Shown here one piece after another: positions 37,031 to 47,148 of a DNA stretch of 64,000 nt. Every line of letters starts with the position of its first letter. Within the stretch, counting starts at the first letter, position 1. The stretch is taken from the NCBI GenBank assembly GCA_938023735.1, contig CALJDK010000025.1, positions 102,016 through 166,015 of the forward strand, written 5' to 3'. The notes under the pieces are model-generated. The model was not told the DNA's origin and ran no database searches. It worked only from the letters and a program-made list of their open reading frames with translations. This stretch comes from an uncultured Acidimicrobiales bacterium. Lineage in GTDB: Bacteria > Actinomycetota > Acidimicrobiia > Acidimicrobiales > SHLQ01. Made by a program: the position numbers and the translations under genes.

Positions 37031-39288
37031 ACGATTTCGACCCACTGAAGAGTGCATTCAACGAGCGCAGCAAGGCAGCTCACAACCTCGATGTCGAAGG
37101 TGGCCTCGCCGGTCTCCATCGTCACAACGCACCAGGCCGCCGTATGGCGAAGGCCGGCGGCGCAATGGTCGTTGGGCTTATCGCCCTTGGCGGCGCCGGA
37201 GTTGCACTGAGTGGCGGTGGCGATGATGTGCAACTCGACGACCGCGTGGCCGACACGGCTCCCGAAGTGCAAGAGACGATTCCGGTCGACTCCGACGCGG
37301 TCACGCCCGACGACTCGATCCCCGACGTCTCGATCACCGTGCCTCCTACCAGCGCCCCGCCCGACCAGCCGGTTGTCGAACCCGATTCAACCGAGCCGCC
37401 ATCGGTCATCATCACCGATGCGAGCACCTCGGTGCTGGTAGACGGCGTCCGGTACGAGATGGGCATTGGTCCCATCGTCGATGCGATCGGGGTCGACGGC
37501 GGTGTCGTATTTGCGACCGACGACGCGATTTGGCAGTACCGAGCAAACTCGTTGGAATCCACGAAGCTGGTCGAGGCGGGTCCCGCTGGCACCGTCAACC
37601 TTCTCGAGGTTGAGGTCGACGCCGAGAACGCTGATACCACGGTGTTCTTCACCGAATGGGGAGGCGACAACAACGACGACCCCGCCCAGTATCTATCCAA
37701 ACTCGCTCTGGGCTCGGACACCGGCGTGCAACGACTCGCAAGGGTCGGCGGGGGAGAGTTGGCGGTTATCGACGCCGGCGTCGGTGGCCAGAACGGCGGC
37801 AGCTCGCTTATCGCCACCGTCGATACCACCGGCCCGTGTTCGTCACTCAGCACCTTCGACGGCACCACGGGCGACCGGCTGAGCACCGAGATGCGCTGTG
37901 TCCCTGAAGGCGGCGGCGACTTCGACTTCTCCGAGCTTTACCAAGCGGTCGACCTCACCCACGACGGCGGACTGGTGTGGGCCGATGGCGACACGCTGAC
38001 CAACGCACAAACGGGCGAATCACAGCCAACCGTGGAAGGAAACCCCAAGTGGATCGACATCTGGGGTGATTGGGCGGTGGTCGCCAAGCGCGGCGGCCAG
38101 TCAGTGGTCGAACTCGTGAACCTTGTATCGGGCGAGACCATTGCTGTCGACGGTCTTCCCACCAACTTCACGTCAGCCCGCCCGCTGCGGGTCCCGATCG
38201 AGGTGGCTCAGACGCCAAACTTTGAGCCGTTCACGATTGCGTCGGACAACTTTGTCGTCATCAATGTTGCGGATGACGACGTCTTAAACATTCGCTCAGG
38301 TCCCGGTGTGGACTACAGCGTCGAGGGAGGAATCCCCAACGGCGACGTCGTCACCACCAGCGGCAGGGCTGCTCGGCTTGCCAGCGGGTCCGAGTGGTAC
38401 GAGATCGGCATCAACGATCTCGGCACCGGCTGGGTGAACGCAAGGTTCCTTGAGCCACTCGAGACCGGTGGCGCACCAGCGGCCTGTCTGGTCGATTCCA
38501 CCGGAGCCGTGGCACCCGAGACTGCGTTTCCGATGACCTCGGCGGCCGTAGAGTCTCCGGCCGACCACATCAAGACGCTGTCGCAGACCTCACTCGGCAG
38601 CGGCTGTATTCGTACCCGAGTTGGGTTCGGTTCAGACTTCGCCTTCGACGACTCGGGACCTGAAGCCCCGCTGCCGGGTGGTCTTGTGGTCGACTCATCA
38701 CCTGATGGAAGGTCGATCCTGGTCACGCTCCCCGGCGTCGGCGGCGCCAGCCCGGGCCCAATGCGCGATGGCACGGCCGTCATTACCGGAGACCTCGCCG
38801 GCTCGGTGAGCCTCGAGATCCTGTCGGGCCGACACACGGCCGCCGCCTTCTTCGATACCTCTGCCAACGAGCTGATTATCGACTACGTGGCGCTCCCGCC
38901 GGCCACCGATGAGCTACCTGTACCCCTCGTCGACGAGTTTGGAATCATCATCCGTGATATCGACGGATACAGCGCGACTGCGGCAGGCCCGGTTATCGAC
39001 GGTGTGGCTCGGGTTCGGGGCTTTGCCCGACCCTTCGAGGCGCAACTGTCGGTTGAGCTTCACGATGAGAACGGTGAACCGGTTGATGACGTTCTCTGGA
39101 ATGCGGGTCGGTCTGACGAGTTCGCGGGCGCCGGATACTTCGGCCCGCAGGTGCCATGGGAGGTGCTCGGATCCTTTGACATCACCTTTGAAGGCCTGCA
39201 GCCCGGCTCCTACACGCTCCGATTCGCCAGCGACGCCACCGCAGTCGCCGACCCAAGCTGGCTCGAGATCCCCTTCACCGTCAACTAA
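37027..39288 (+). CDS. Single-TM protein with a large extracellular region (SH3b and Gmad2-like Ig domains); putative anti-sigma factor
   Basis: ATGA overlap with the sigma gene; short cytoplasmic N-terminus + TM; DVLNIRSGPG...WYEI...GWVNARFL (SH3b); VRGFARPFEAQL (Gmad2-like). Confidence 0.75.
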   Translation: MNDFDPLKSAFNERSKAAHNLDVEGGLAGLHRHNAPGRRMAKAGGAMVVGLIALGGAGVALSGGGDDVQLDDRVADTAPEVQETIPVDSDAVTPDDSIPDVSITVPPTSAPPDQPVVEPDSTEPPSVIITDASTSVLVDGVRYEMGIGPIVDAIGVDGGVVFATDDAIWQYRANSLESTKLVEAGPAGTVNLLEVEVDAENADTTVFFTEWGGDNNDDPAQYLSKLALGSDTGVQRLARVGGGELAVIDAGVGGQNGGSSLIATVDTTGPCSSLSTFDGTTGDRLSTEMRCVPEGGGDFDFSELYQAVDLTHDGGLVWADGDTLTNAQTGESQPTVEGNPKWIDIWGDWAVVAKRGGQSVVELVNLVSGETIAVDGLPTNFTSARPLRVPIEVAQTPNFEPFTIASDNFVVINVADDDVLNIRSGPGVDYSVEGGIPNGDVVTTSGRAARLASGSEWYEIGINDLGTGWVNARFLEPLETGGAPAACLVDSTGAVAPETAFPMTSAAVESPADHIKTLSQTSLGSGCIRTRVGFGSDFAFDDSGPEAPLPGGLVVDSSPDGRSILVTLPGVGGASPGPMRDGTAVITGDLAGSVSLEILSGRHTAAAFFDTSANELIIDYVALPPATDELPVPLVDEFGIIIRDIDGYSATAAGPVIDGVARVRGFARPFEAQLSVELHDENGEPVDDVLWNAGRSDEFAGAGYFGPQVPWEVLGSFDITFEGLQPGSYTLRFASDATAVADPSWLEIPFTVN

Positions 39289-39306
39289 GCAAGCCCACCC
39301 AAACGA

Positions 39307-39343
39307 ACGCGACACTCGTGTCAGACACGAGTGTCGCGTGACC
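39307..39343. repeat. REP-like perfect palindrome, copy 2
   Basis: acgcgacactcgtgtc-a-gacacgagtgtcgcgt (16-bp arms) between convergent genes. Confidence 0.85.
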
Positions 39344-39351
39344 GTGACGGT

Positions 39352-40710
39352 CTATTCGGTTTGGGGGGTCCAGCCTGGTGGGGCAGGGACGATGAGGAGT
39401 TCGTCGAAGCGCTGGCCGGTGCCATCGATGTCGATGTTTGAGGTCTCCAGGGTCGTCGTGTCGACGATGGTGACTGAACCGCTGCCGCTGGCCACGAGAT
39501 ACCGGCCATCGGTGGTCCACGACACGCTGAGCAGCGTGCTCGTTGGAAGGGAAATCGACGATGACTGGTCAATGGTGGATGCGTCCAAACCCCCGCCGAT
39601 TGTGGCCACCACCCAATCGGCGTTGGGCGAAAGACGCAACGGCGCCGTGGGCGTAACCGACGCAGCCGAAAGCAGCGGGAGCTCGAACGCCTGGTCGTCG
39701 CCCGGTTCGGTGGTTGGCACGATCACGGGCTGACAGGTGAGCTCAACGTCGCACCGGTCGACGATGACATGGTTCCGCCCAGATCCCAGGAGTTTTCCGT
39801 CGGCGATCTCGGCAAAACCGCCATTGAGGCCGATGTCGACCATATGTTCGAAGACCTGGCCGCCGGCCTCGACAAAGACGCGCTCGCCAACGCTGGCAAT
39901 CTCGGCATGAAACGGCACGATCCCGGTCTCACTAGGAAAGACTTCGTAGGCGCCAAACGCCTGAACTTCGTAGATGGTGCGGGGCGCAACTCCCGACAGT
40001 TGGCTCCCGACAACAACCCGCGGGCCTTGGCGAATATCGAACGCCACCACGTTGCCGGACAGCTCAAAGTCGGCGCCACCGGTGAGCGAGAACGACCGCA
40101 TCGTTCCGTTGTCGACGACCAAGAGGCGCTCGCCATTCGATCCGATCGAATACCCGGTGGCGGGCGCGTCGTCGGTGGCCAGTTCGAACCCCACAGCGGA
40201 ACGAAGTGGGAGGCGCTGGATCGCTCCGGTCTCGGCATCGATGAGCACCACCATGTCGGCCCTTCGGCCAATGATGAGCTGGCGTTCGGACTGCGGGAAG
40301 AGTGGGAATGACGCCTCGGAGCCCGCGACGCTGGAGACCTCGGTGTCGCTGAGGACCGCCCGGGAGCTTGGGATGTCTTCCTCGTCGTCGGCACCGCTGT
40401 TTCCGTCGCCGTCTTGGCCGGCGGTTGATTCTTCGGCGATGGCGGATGGTGGCGCGTCATCGCTGCCGCCGAGGACCGAAAACAGCACGACGAGCGCAGC
40501 GACTGCGGCGCCTATGCCTGCGAGCACCGGAAGGCGTTTCGACGAGGTGTCTGCGGTGGATACATCGGGCGTTGCGTCCGGCGATTGTCCGATGAGCCCA
40601 AGGTCGACCGTGGCTACCTGCTGGTCATGACCGCAGGATGGACAGAACCGGTCGGTCGAGGAGAGCGCTGCTGCGCAGGAGGCGCAGGATGTCGTGGAAC
40701 CGGAAGTCAC
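39352..40710 (-). CDS. Zinc-ribbon + TM + extracellular beta-rich (propeller-like) protein
   Basis: CASC...FCPSCG, TM segment, LSPNADW / SWTTDGRYL repeats; GTGA overlap with the MOSC gene. Confidence 0.7.
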   Translation of the reverse strand: MTSGSTTSCASCAAALSSTDRFCPSCGHDQQVATVDLGLIGQSPDATPDVSTADTSSKRLPVLAGIGAAVAALVVLFSVLGGSDDAPPSAIAEESTAGQDGDGNSGADDEEDIPSSRAVLSDTEVSSVAGSEASFPLFPQSERQLIIGRRADMVVLIDAETGAIQRLPLRSAVGFELATDDAPATGYSIGSNGERLLVVDNGTMRSFSLTGGADFELSGNVVAFDIRQGPRVVVGSQLSGVAPRTIYEVQAFGAYEVFPSETGIVPFHAEIASVGERVFVEAGGQVFEHMVDIGLNGGFAEIADGKLLGSGRNHVIVDRCDVELTCQPVIVPTTEPGDDQAFELPLLSAASVTPTAPLRLSPNADWVVATIGGGLDASTIDQSSSISLPTSTLLSVSWTTDGRYLVASGSGSVTIVDTTTLETSNIDIDGTGQRFDELLIVPAPPGWTPQTE

Positions 40711-41183
40711 TGGCTCACGGTAGTGCCGATAGCGATAGTCCCCGAGGTGAGACAGCGGAAAACTGTGCCGGCTCGGCGACGAAGCGCAGTCTTGGCGCCC
40801 GCGCCAAGCTGATCCTCGAGCAGCTTGCACGGCGCGGCGATACGCACCACTTCGAGCTGGACATCGCCGATGGCGTAGCGGTCGCCAGGTGTGGTTGGAA
40901 TGTCGCCATGCGACACGGTGATGTTGCGGCGCGTTAGGCCGGGGTCGAGCGGCTGGCCGAAGATCTCCGATGCCTCATCGAGGTCGGTTGCCGATTGCAC
41001 GGTGATGTGGCGATGTCGGGATCCGTGGTAGCGGTCGCCCACCAGGCCGGCTCCGGCCTCGGCTTCAACCTGGTCGACCGCTCGCATGTCCATGCGGCTG
41101 GCGAGGGCAATGTGGATAGCCACAACGGTGGGAGGGTGGATAGCCACAACGGTTGGGGGTTCGGGTTGCGGACTGATTGCCAT
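40707..41183 (-). CDS. MOSC-domain protein
   Basis: GLVGDRY, RRNITV, IGDVQLEV...PC, GTIAIG; start at ATG 41183. Confidence 0.88.
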   Translation of the reverse strand: MAISPQPEPPTVVAIHPPTVVAIHIALASRMDMRAVDQVEAEAGAGLVGDRYHGSRHRHITVQSATDLDEASEIFGQPLDPGLTRRNITVSHGDIPTTPGDRYAIGDVQLEVVRIAAPCKLLEDQLGAGAKTALRRRAGTVFRCLTSGTIAIGTTVSQ

Positions 41184-41213
41184 GAGGAAAGGGTAGCCAT
41201 CGTGTTGACTGGA

Positions 41214-41501
41214 GTGATCAGCACTCACGACGACGATGAACCCGATTTTGGGCCCGACGGCTTTCCCGCCGATTTTCCCGACGACTTCCCGGACGACCCC
41301 GAACGCATCACCGCATGCGCCTACTGGCGATGCGAAGAGCTGTTCGAAATGCGCACCGCCAACCATCAGTTCTGTCGCAAGGCTTGCCGAAGCCGTCAGC
41401 GGAAGTGGGAGCGGGCCCAAGAACGCAAGGTCCGCAAGGCCGAAGCCAAACAGCGTCGGGCTATTCAGCGTCAGGCGGCCCGAGACGGCCTAGGGGAGTA
41501 G
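41214..41501 (+). CDS. Small Cys4 zinc-finger protein (CGNR-finger-like)
   Basis: Acidic FPxD repeats, CAYWRC...FCRKACR, basic helix; start uncertain. Confidence 0.55.
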   Translation: MISTHDDDEPDFGPDGFPADFPDDFPDDPERITACAYWRCEELFEMRTANHQFCRKACRSRQRKWERAQERKVRKAEAKQRRAIQRQAARDGLGE

Positions 41502-41529
41502 GACACCCATCTCCGATACGGCTGATGCA

Positions 41530-42816
41530 CTATGGCGCAGTTGATTGTGGCGCGATGGTCGGCGGAGCGTTGTTGAGGGCTTCGATGGCGAACCCTGCGG
41601 CCGCCTTGTACCGGGCCATAAACGCTTCCACCTCGGAGCGTTCGAGTACGTCGTCGATATCGTCGAACACGCCGCCGCAACGTTTGTCGACCTCGCCCAG
41701 GATCGCTAGAGGTCCGGCGCCCCGGTTTCGCAGCACCAGCGCCGACATGTCGTTGAGGAGTGCGGCCTCGTAGCTATTGAGCGCATTACTCGAAACGCCG
41801 CGCTTGAGGAACGCGGCGCCGATGACCCGGGCATCGATAATCGCCTGGCTCGCACCGTTTGAGCCCACCGGATACATCACATGAGCAGCATCACCCATGA
41901 GGGCAACGTTGCCATCGACCCATGAGTCGACAGGGTCACGGTCGACCATCGGGTATTCGTATATCTCATCGGTAGAGCGAATGAGCTGGGGGATATCGAG
42001 CCAGTCGAACGTCCAGTCCTCGAACTGGGGCAGAAATTCGTCGAGGTCGGCTCGCCGGTTCCAATCGCTTTCCCGCCAACCACCGGAGGGGTCAAAGGTG
42101 AGTTCGGCGATCCAGTTGATGTGCTGGAGACCGGTAGCTGGATCGACGGGCGAGATCGGGTAGTGAATGAAACGCTGATCGAGGCTTCCACACGCAGTAA
42201 ATGAGGCGCCGGTGCGGATGGGCTTGCCCATCGAGGAGCCTCGCCACAACACGGCGCCGCCCCAGATGGGCTCGGATTCGCCGGGATGCATTTGCGCCCT
42301 GATGGCCGAATGGAGCCCATCGGCGCCCAGCAGGACATCGGCATGCAAGGTAACCGTGGCGTCGTTGTGGCGATCGTGAGCTGTGACCTCAACGCCGGAC
42401 TGCTGATGGTTCTGCGCTCGGTTTCGATAGCCCTCCACTCGGTGACCGGCGAGCACCGAATCGGGGCCCAACCGATCGAGCACCTCGTGATACAGAAGCA
42501 TCTGAAGCTCGCCCCGATGCACCGAATACTGAGGCCAGTTGTAGCCCGCGTCGATACCGCGCGGCTCTGCCCAAATGTCGTTGCCGTTGCGCCCAACCAG
42601 CGCCCACTCTTTGGTCGGAATCCCGATCGAGTCGAGCTTGGGTCCCAACCCGAGATCCATCAGTTCCCGCACCGCGTTGGGTTGCAGATTGATACCGACG
42701 CCCAGCGGCTTGATCTCTCGCACCGACTCGAGCACGGTCACCGGCACCCCGATTTCATGACACGTGAGCGCCATGGTCAGTCCGCCAATACCGCCGCCTG
42801 CCACGAGCACTGTCAT
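41530..42816 (-). CDS. FAD-dependent monooxygenase (PhzS/salicylate-hydroxylase-like)
   Basis: GGGIGG, GADGLHS, GDAAHVMYPVGSNGASQ. Confidence 0.92.
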   Translation of the reverse strand: MTVLVAGGGIGGLTMALTCHEIGVPVTVLESVREIKPLGVGINLQPNAVRELMDLGLGPKLDSIGIPTKEWALVGRNGNDIWAEPRGIDAGYNWPQYSVHRGELQMLLYHEVLDRLGPDSVLAGHRVEGYRNRAQNHQQSGVEVTAHDRHNDATVTLHADVLLGADGLHSAIRAQMHPGESEPIWGGAVLWRGSSMGKPIRTGASFTACGSLDQRFIHYPISPVDPATGLQHINWIAELTFDPSGGWRESDWNRRADLDEFLPQFEDWTFDWLDIPQLIRSTDEIYEYPMVDRDPVDSWVDGNVALMGDAAHVMYPVGSNGASQAIIDARVIGAAFLKRGVSSNALNSYEAALLNDMSALVLRNRGAGPLAILGEVDKRCGGVFDDIDDVLERSEVEAFMARYKAAAGFAIEALNNAPPTIAPQSTAP

Positions 42817-42875
42817 CTCGACGCTCCTAGGTCGTTTCGTTTCGTCTCGTCGAAGTGGCCGGCTTCACGACTGTC

Positions 42876-44984
42876 CTAGACCGACAGCGGCGCGGCGGCG
42901 ACGCTGGCGAAGGTGCCGCCGTCGGCTGCGAGTTGTTCGATGAGTGGTGCGGGCGCCCAGAAATCGCCGTGCTCAGCCTGCAATGCCTGAAGACGGGCCA
43001 ACACGTTGTCGAGACCCATCTGGTCGGCGTAGTACATCGGGCCGCCGCGGTAGGCGGGCCAGTTGTAACCGGTGATCCAGATCATGTCGATATCGGACGA
43101 CCGGATGGCCTTGTTCTCGGCAAGGATCTTGGCGCCCTCGTTAACCATGGGCAGCACGAGACGCTCGATGATCTCTTCGGAGGTAAAGGTGCGAGGTTCC
43201 TTGCCCGCCTTGGCAGCGAACTCTTTCACCAACTCTTCGGTGATGGACGACGGGGTTCCCACTCGGTTCTCGTCGTAGTCGTAGTAGCCGGCACCGTTCT
43301 TTTGGCCGCGCCGATCGAGTTCGCAGAGCCTTTCGCGGATAGTGCTTCCCGTTGAGGTCTCGGCCGACCAGCCAATGTCGAGACCTGCGAGGTCGCTCAT
43401 CTGGAACGGTCCCATGGCAAAACCGAAGTCATACAGCGCCTGGTCGACCTCCCAGGGCATTGCCCCTTCATCGAGCAGTGCTTGGGCTTGGGTGCTGCGT
43501 TGAAACAACATGCGGTTGCCCACAAAGCCCGGGCAGACGCCTACCAGCGCACCGAGTTTGCCGATTCGCTTCGCCGTCTTCATGGCGGTGTTCACTACTT
43601 CGAGCGAGGTTTCCCTTCCTCGTACCACTTCGAGGCAACGCATCACGTTGGCAGGCGAGAAGAAATGCATGCCGATGACCGACTCGGGGCGTGTGGTGGC
43701 CGAGGCGATTTCGTCAATATTGAGAGCGCTGGTGTTTGAGGCCAAAACGGCACCGGCCTTACACGTGGCGTCGAGAGTGGCGAAGATTTCCTTCTTGATG
43801 TCCATATTCTCGAACACTGCTTCGATGACCATGTCGACATCGGCCAGATCGTCGAGGCTGAGCGATGGTGTGATCATCGCCATGCGACGGTCGACCTCTT
43901 CGATGGGGAAGCGTCCATTGCGGGAGCTGCGCTCGTAGTTGGATCGCACAACCGCCAAACCGCGATCGAGCGCCTCCTGGTTGGTCTCAACAATGGTGAC
44001 GGGCACGCCAGCATTGACGAAGTTCATCGTGATGCCACCGCCCATGGTTCCGGCGCCGATAACGCCCACCGACTCCACGGGCAGAGTCGGGGTATCTTTG
44101 GGGACATCGGGAATCTTCCAGACCTGACGCTCGGCGAAGAACACATAACGCTGGGCGGCAGATTCGGCGCTTCGCACCACTTCGCCGAACAATTCGCCCT
44201 CTCGTCGGATGCCCTCGGCGAACGGCAACTCCACCGCTGCCTCGACACATTTGATAATGGCTTCGGGGGCCAAGAACCCACGGAATTTTCGAGCCGCTTT
44301 CGAGGCCCTGAAGTCGGCGAAGAGCTGGGCGTTGCCCCGGTCGGGCACCACCATGTCGTCGTTGTCGCTGACCTTCTTCAACGGCTTGCCCTCGGCGACA
44401 AGGCGTTGGGCGTAGGCGACGGCGTCATCGAGCAGCGAGTCTTCGGCCGCAAGCTCGTCGACGAGACCCATCTCGAGGCAGTCGGCGGCCGGCACGTGGG
44501 TACCTGCCGTCATAAACTCGAGCGCTTTTTGTGCGCCGACGATGCGGGGAAGTCGTTGGGTACCGCCGGCGCCTGGAAGCAGGCCCAGATGCACCTCGGG
44601 GAGACCGCATTTCGCGCTGGGAACGGCGATTCGGTAATGGGCACACAGCGCTACTTCAAGACCGCCCCCAAGAGCGGTGCCGTGGATGGCGGCAACCACG
44701 GGTTTGGGCGAGCTCTCCATCATGTTTTGTACGTCGGTGAGCGAGGCGCCCGATTGTGCTCCGCCGAACTCGGTGATGTCGGCACCAGCGATGAAGGTTC
44801 GACCGGCGCAGATGAGCACGATCGCCTGAGCGTCGGAGGTGTTGGCCTGCTGAAAAGCCTCGAACAAACCGTCTCGAACGACGGCGCTGAGAGCATTCAC
44901 CGGCGGCGAATCGAGCGTGATGACGGCGACGCCTGCCTCGTCGGGTTGATAGCTGAGGTCGGTTACGTCGTTGATTGTGGTCAT
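42876..44984 (-). CDS. Fatty-acid oxidation multifunctional enzyme (enoyl-CoA hydratase/3-hydroxyacyl-CoA dehydrogenase)
   Basis: [51 protein letters not shown]. Confidence 0.95.
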   Translation of the reverse strand: MTTINDVTDLSYQPDEAGVAVITLDSPPVNALSAVVRDGLFEAFQQANTSDAQAIVLICAGRTFIAGADITEFGGAQSGASLTDVQNMMESSPKPVVAAIHGTALGGGLEVALCAHYRIAVPSAKCGLPEVHLGLLPGAGGTQRLPRIVGAQKALEFMTAGTHVPAADCLEMGLVDELAAEDSLLDDAVAYAQRLVAEGKPLKKVSDNDDMVVPDRGNAQLFADFRASKAARKFRGFLAPEAIIKCVEAAVELPFAEGIRREGELFGEVVRSAESAAQRYVFFAERQVWKIPDVPKDTPTLPVESVGVIGAGTMGGGITMNFVNAGVPVTIVETNQEALDRGLAVVRSNYERSSRNGRFPIEEVDRRMAMITPSLSLDDLADVDMVIEAVFENMDIKKEIFATLDATCKAGAVLASNTSALNIDEIASATTRPESVIGMHFFSPANVMRCLEVVRGRETSLEVVNTAMKTAKRIGKLGALVGVCPGFVGNRMLFQRSTQAQALLDEGAMPWEVDQALYDFGFAMGPFQMSDLAGLDIGWSAETSTGSTIRERLCELDRRGQKNGAGYYDYDENRVGTPSSITEELVKEFAAKAGKEPRTFTSEEIIERLVLPMVNEGAKILAENKAIRSSDIDMIWITGYNWPAYRGGPMYYADQMGLDNVLARLQALQAEHGDFWAPAPLIEQLAADGGTFASVAAAPLSV

Positions 44985-45036
44985 TTGTGGCTCTCCCGAT
45001 CGACATGTGCGGCCGCCGACAACCTAACCTGCACGG

Positions 45037-45639
45037 GTGTCTCCCTTGGATTCGGCAGCCGATGGCCAGCACGCATTTGTGGTTACCGACCCGCTCGATG
45101 CCGCGGCAGTAGCTGCGCTCCAGAGCTACTTCGCTGAACTCGCCGACCGCTTCGACGATGGATTCGACGCCGGCGATGCGGTCACCGCCGATGCCGAATG
45201 GTTCACACCGCCCGCCGGAGTGTTCCTGCTGGCCGTGCACCCGACAACCGGAGCGACTCTGGGCTGTGGCGCCGTGCAGGTACTCGCCGATGGTGCTGCC
45301 GAAATCAAACGAATGTGGATTGACGGCGATGCCCGCGGGCAAGGACTCGGGAAGGGTCTCTTGCAGGAGCTCGAAACCCATGCCTTGGAGCTTGGCAACG
45401 GAGTGATTCGCCTGGACACCAACGACGTCCTGCTCGAAGCCATTGCCATGTACCGCTCACAGGGGTACGTCGAGGTTGCGGCATACAACGACAACCCGTA
45501 CGCCCGTCACTGGTTCGAAAAGGCGCCAGGGAATAGAGCGGATAGGTCCGATTTCGAGTTTACAAACCGCTCTATTCCAGGGGCTGGCCCATTGGCCTCC
45601 GGCCAATCAGCGCAGCCCCCAGCGGAGGGGCAAGCGTAA
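45037..45639 (+). CDS. GNAT-family acetyltransferase
   Basis: AEIKRMWI..ARGQGLG, RLDTN, YNDNPYA..WFEK. Confidence 0.88.
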   Translation: MSPLDSAADGQHAFVVTDPLDAAAVAALQSYFAELADRFDDGFDAGDAVTADAEWFTPPAGVFLLAVHPTTGATLGCGAVQVLADGAAEIKRMWIDGDARGQGLGKGLLQELETHALELGNGVIRLDTNDVLLEAIAMYRSQGYVEVAAYNDNPYARHWFEKAPGNRADRSDFEFTNRSIPGAGPLASGQSAQPPAEGQA

Positions 45640-47069
45640 TGGACTCCCGCTCGGCAAACGGATTGGTGTTCTTTACCTCGGGCCTTGTGCTGGTGATCGA
45701 AATTGTCGCCGGCCGCCTCATGGCGCCCTACGTGGGTGTGTCGCTCGAGGCCTTTACCGGCATCATCGGCACCGTGCTCGCAGGTATTGCGCTCGGCTCG
45801 GCGGTTGGTGGCCGGATGGCCGATCACAGCGAGCCACGCCGGTTGATTGCCCTGGCGCTCATTTTGGGCGGGGCGTTCACGTGGCTGTCGGTGGTGATCG
45901 TTGCCCTAATCGGTCCGAGTATGAGTAGTTCGCCGGCCGACATCGTCACGCTCACCCTTCTGGCATTCTTTCTACCTACCTCGATCCTGAGCTCGATCAG
46001 CCCCATGGTGGCCAAGCTGCGGCTGTCGTCGTTGGAAGAAACCGGCAGCGTTGTGGGCGGACTCTCGGCCGCAGGAACTGTCGGGGCTTTGGTGGGCACG
46101 TTTGGTACTGGTTTTGTGCTGCTAGGCCTCCTGCCCATTCGCACCATCATCTACGTCATCGGTGCTGTGCTGGTTCTTGCCGGCATCGTCGGGATCGTCG
46201 CCGGCCGGGCGGGCGAGAACACCAAGCCCGATGCGGCGTCGATGATTATGGTCGTCGTGGCTGGCCTGCTGAGCTTTGGTGTGTCGACGCCCTGCGATTA
46301 CGAGACCGACTACGCCTGTGCCCGCATCATCGCCGACGAGGACCGGCCCGGCGGACGAAGTCTGATTCTGGATCGGGTTCGCCATGCCCATGTTGATCTG
46401 GATGACCCGTCGCACCTGGAGCTTCGATACGCACAGCTCTTTGGTGCGGTAATCGATAGCGAGCCATCCGGTGCCCTCGATGTGCTCCACATCGGCGGCG
46501 GGGGGTTCTCCCTTCCCCGTTATGTCAGTGCCGAACGGCCAGGCAGCACCAACGTGGTCCTCGAAATCGATGAAGGATTGGTCGAGATTGCCGAGATCGA
46601 GTTGGGCCTCGACGACGTCGAGAATCTCGAGTTCGTGTTCGGCGACGCCCGGCAGGCCTTGCCGGACTTCGACACCGACGGCTTCGACATCATCGTGGGA
46701 GATGCATTTGGCGGCGATGTGGTGCCGTGGCATCTCACCACCCTTGAAGCAGTGGAAGAGTACGACCGACTACTCCGACCCGACGGCGTGTACGTGCTCA
46801 ATCTTATTGATGGTGGTGACAGCGACTTCGCCCGCGCTCAGCTGGCAACGCTGGCCGAGCGGTTTGAACATGTGGCCGTTATCGTGCCGGTGGAGATTCC
46901 CGGACGGGCGTATAACCAGATCATTGCGGCATCGAACGAACCGTTCGGCGAGTTTGTAATCCCCGAAGGCGCGGGTGTGCTGGTCGCAGGCGATGACGCA
47001 CAGCGATATATCGGTGATGCAGAGGTGCTCACCGACAATTTTGCCCCGGCTGAGCAACTCAAGCAGTAG
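45639..47069 (+). CDS. Fused membrane/spermidine-synthase-like SAM-dependent protein
   Basis: N-terminal multi-TM region (EIVAGRLMAPYVG), HIGGGG, EID, GDAR, DAF, LTDNFAP. Confidence 0.88.
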   Translation: MDSRSANGLVFFTSGLVLVIEIVAGRLMAPYVGVSLEAFTGIIGTVLAGIALGSAVGGRMADHSEPRRLIALALILGGAFTWLSVVIVALIGPSMSSSPADIVTLTLLAFFLPTSILSSISPMVAKLRLSSLEETGSVVGGLSAAGTVGALVGTFGTGFVLLGLLPIRTIIYVIGAVLVLAGIVGIVAGRAGENTKPDAASMIMVVVAGLLSFGVSTPCDYETDYACARIIADEDRPGGRSLILDRVRHAHVDLDDPSHLELRYAQLFGAVIDSEPSGALDVLHIGGGGFSLPRYVSAERPGSTNVVLEIDEGLVEIAEIELGLDDVENLEFVFGDARQALPDFDTDGFDIIVGDAFGGDVVPWHLTTLEAVEEYDRLLRPDGVYVLNLIDGGDSDFARAQLATLAERFEHVAVIVPVEIPGRAYNQIIAASNEPFGEFVIPEGAGVLVAGDDAQRYIGDAEVLTDNFAPAEQLKQ

Positions 47070-47148
47070 ATGTTGTTTCAGCGGAAGCGAGTTGCAGATG
47101 CGCTGGCACCATCGCTGCTGCTCGAACTTCTTCGGGGCCGCCTCGCCT

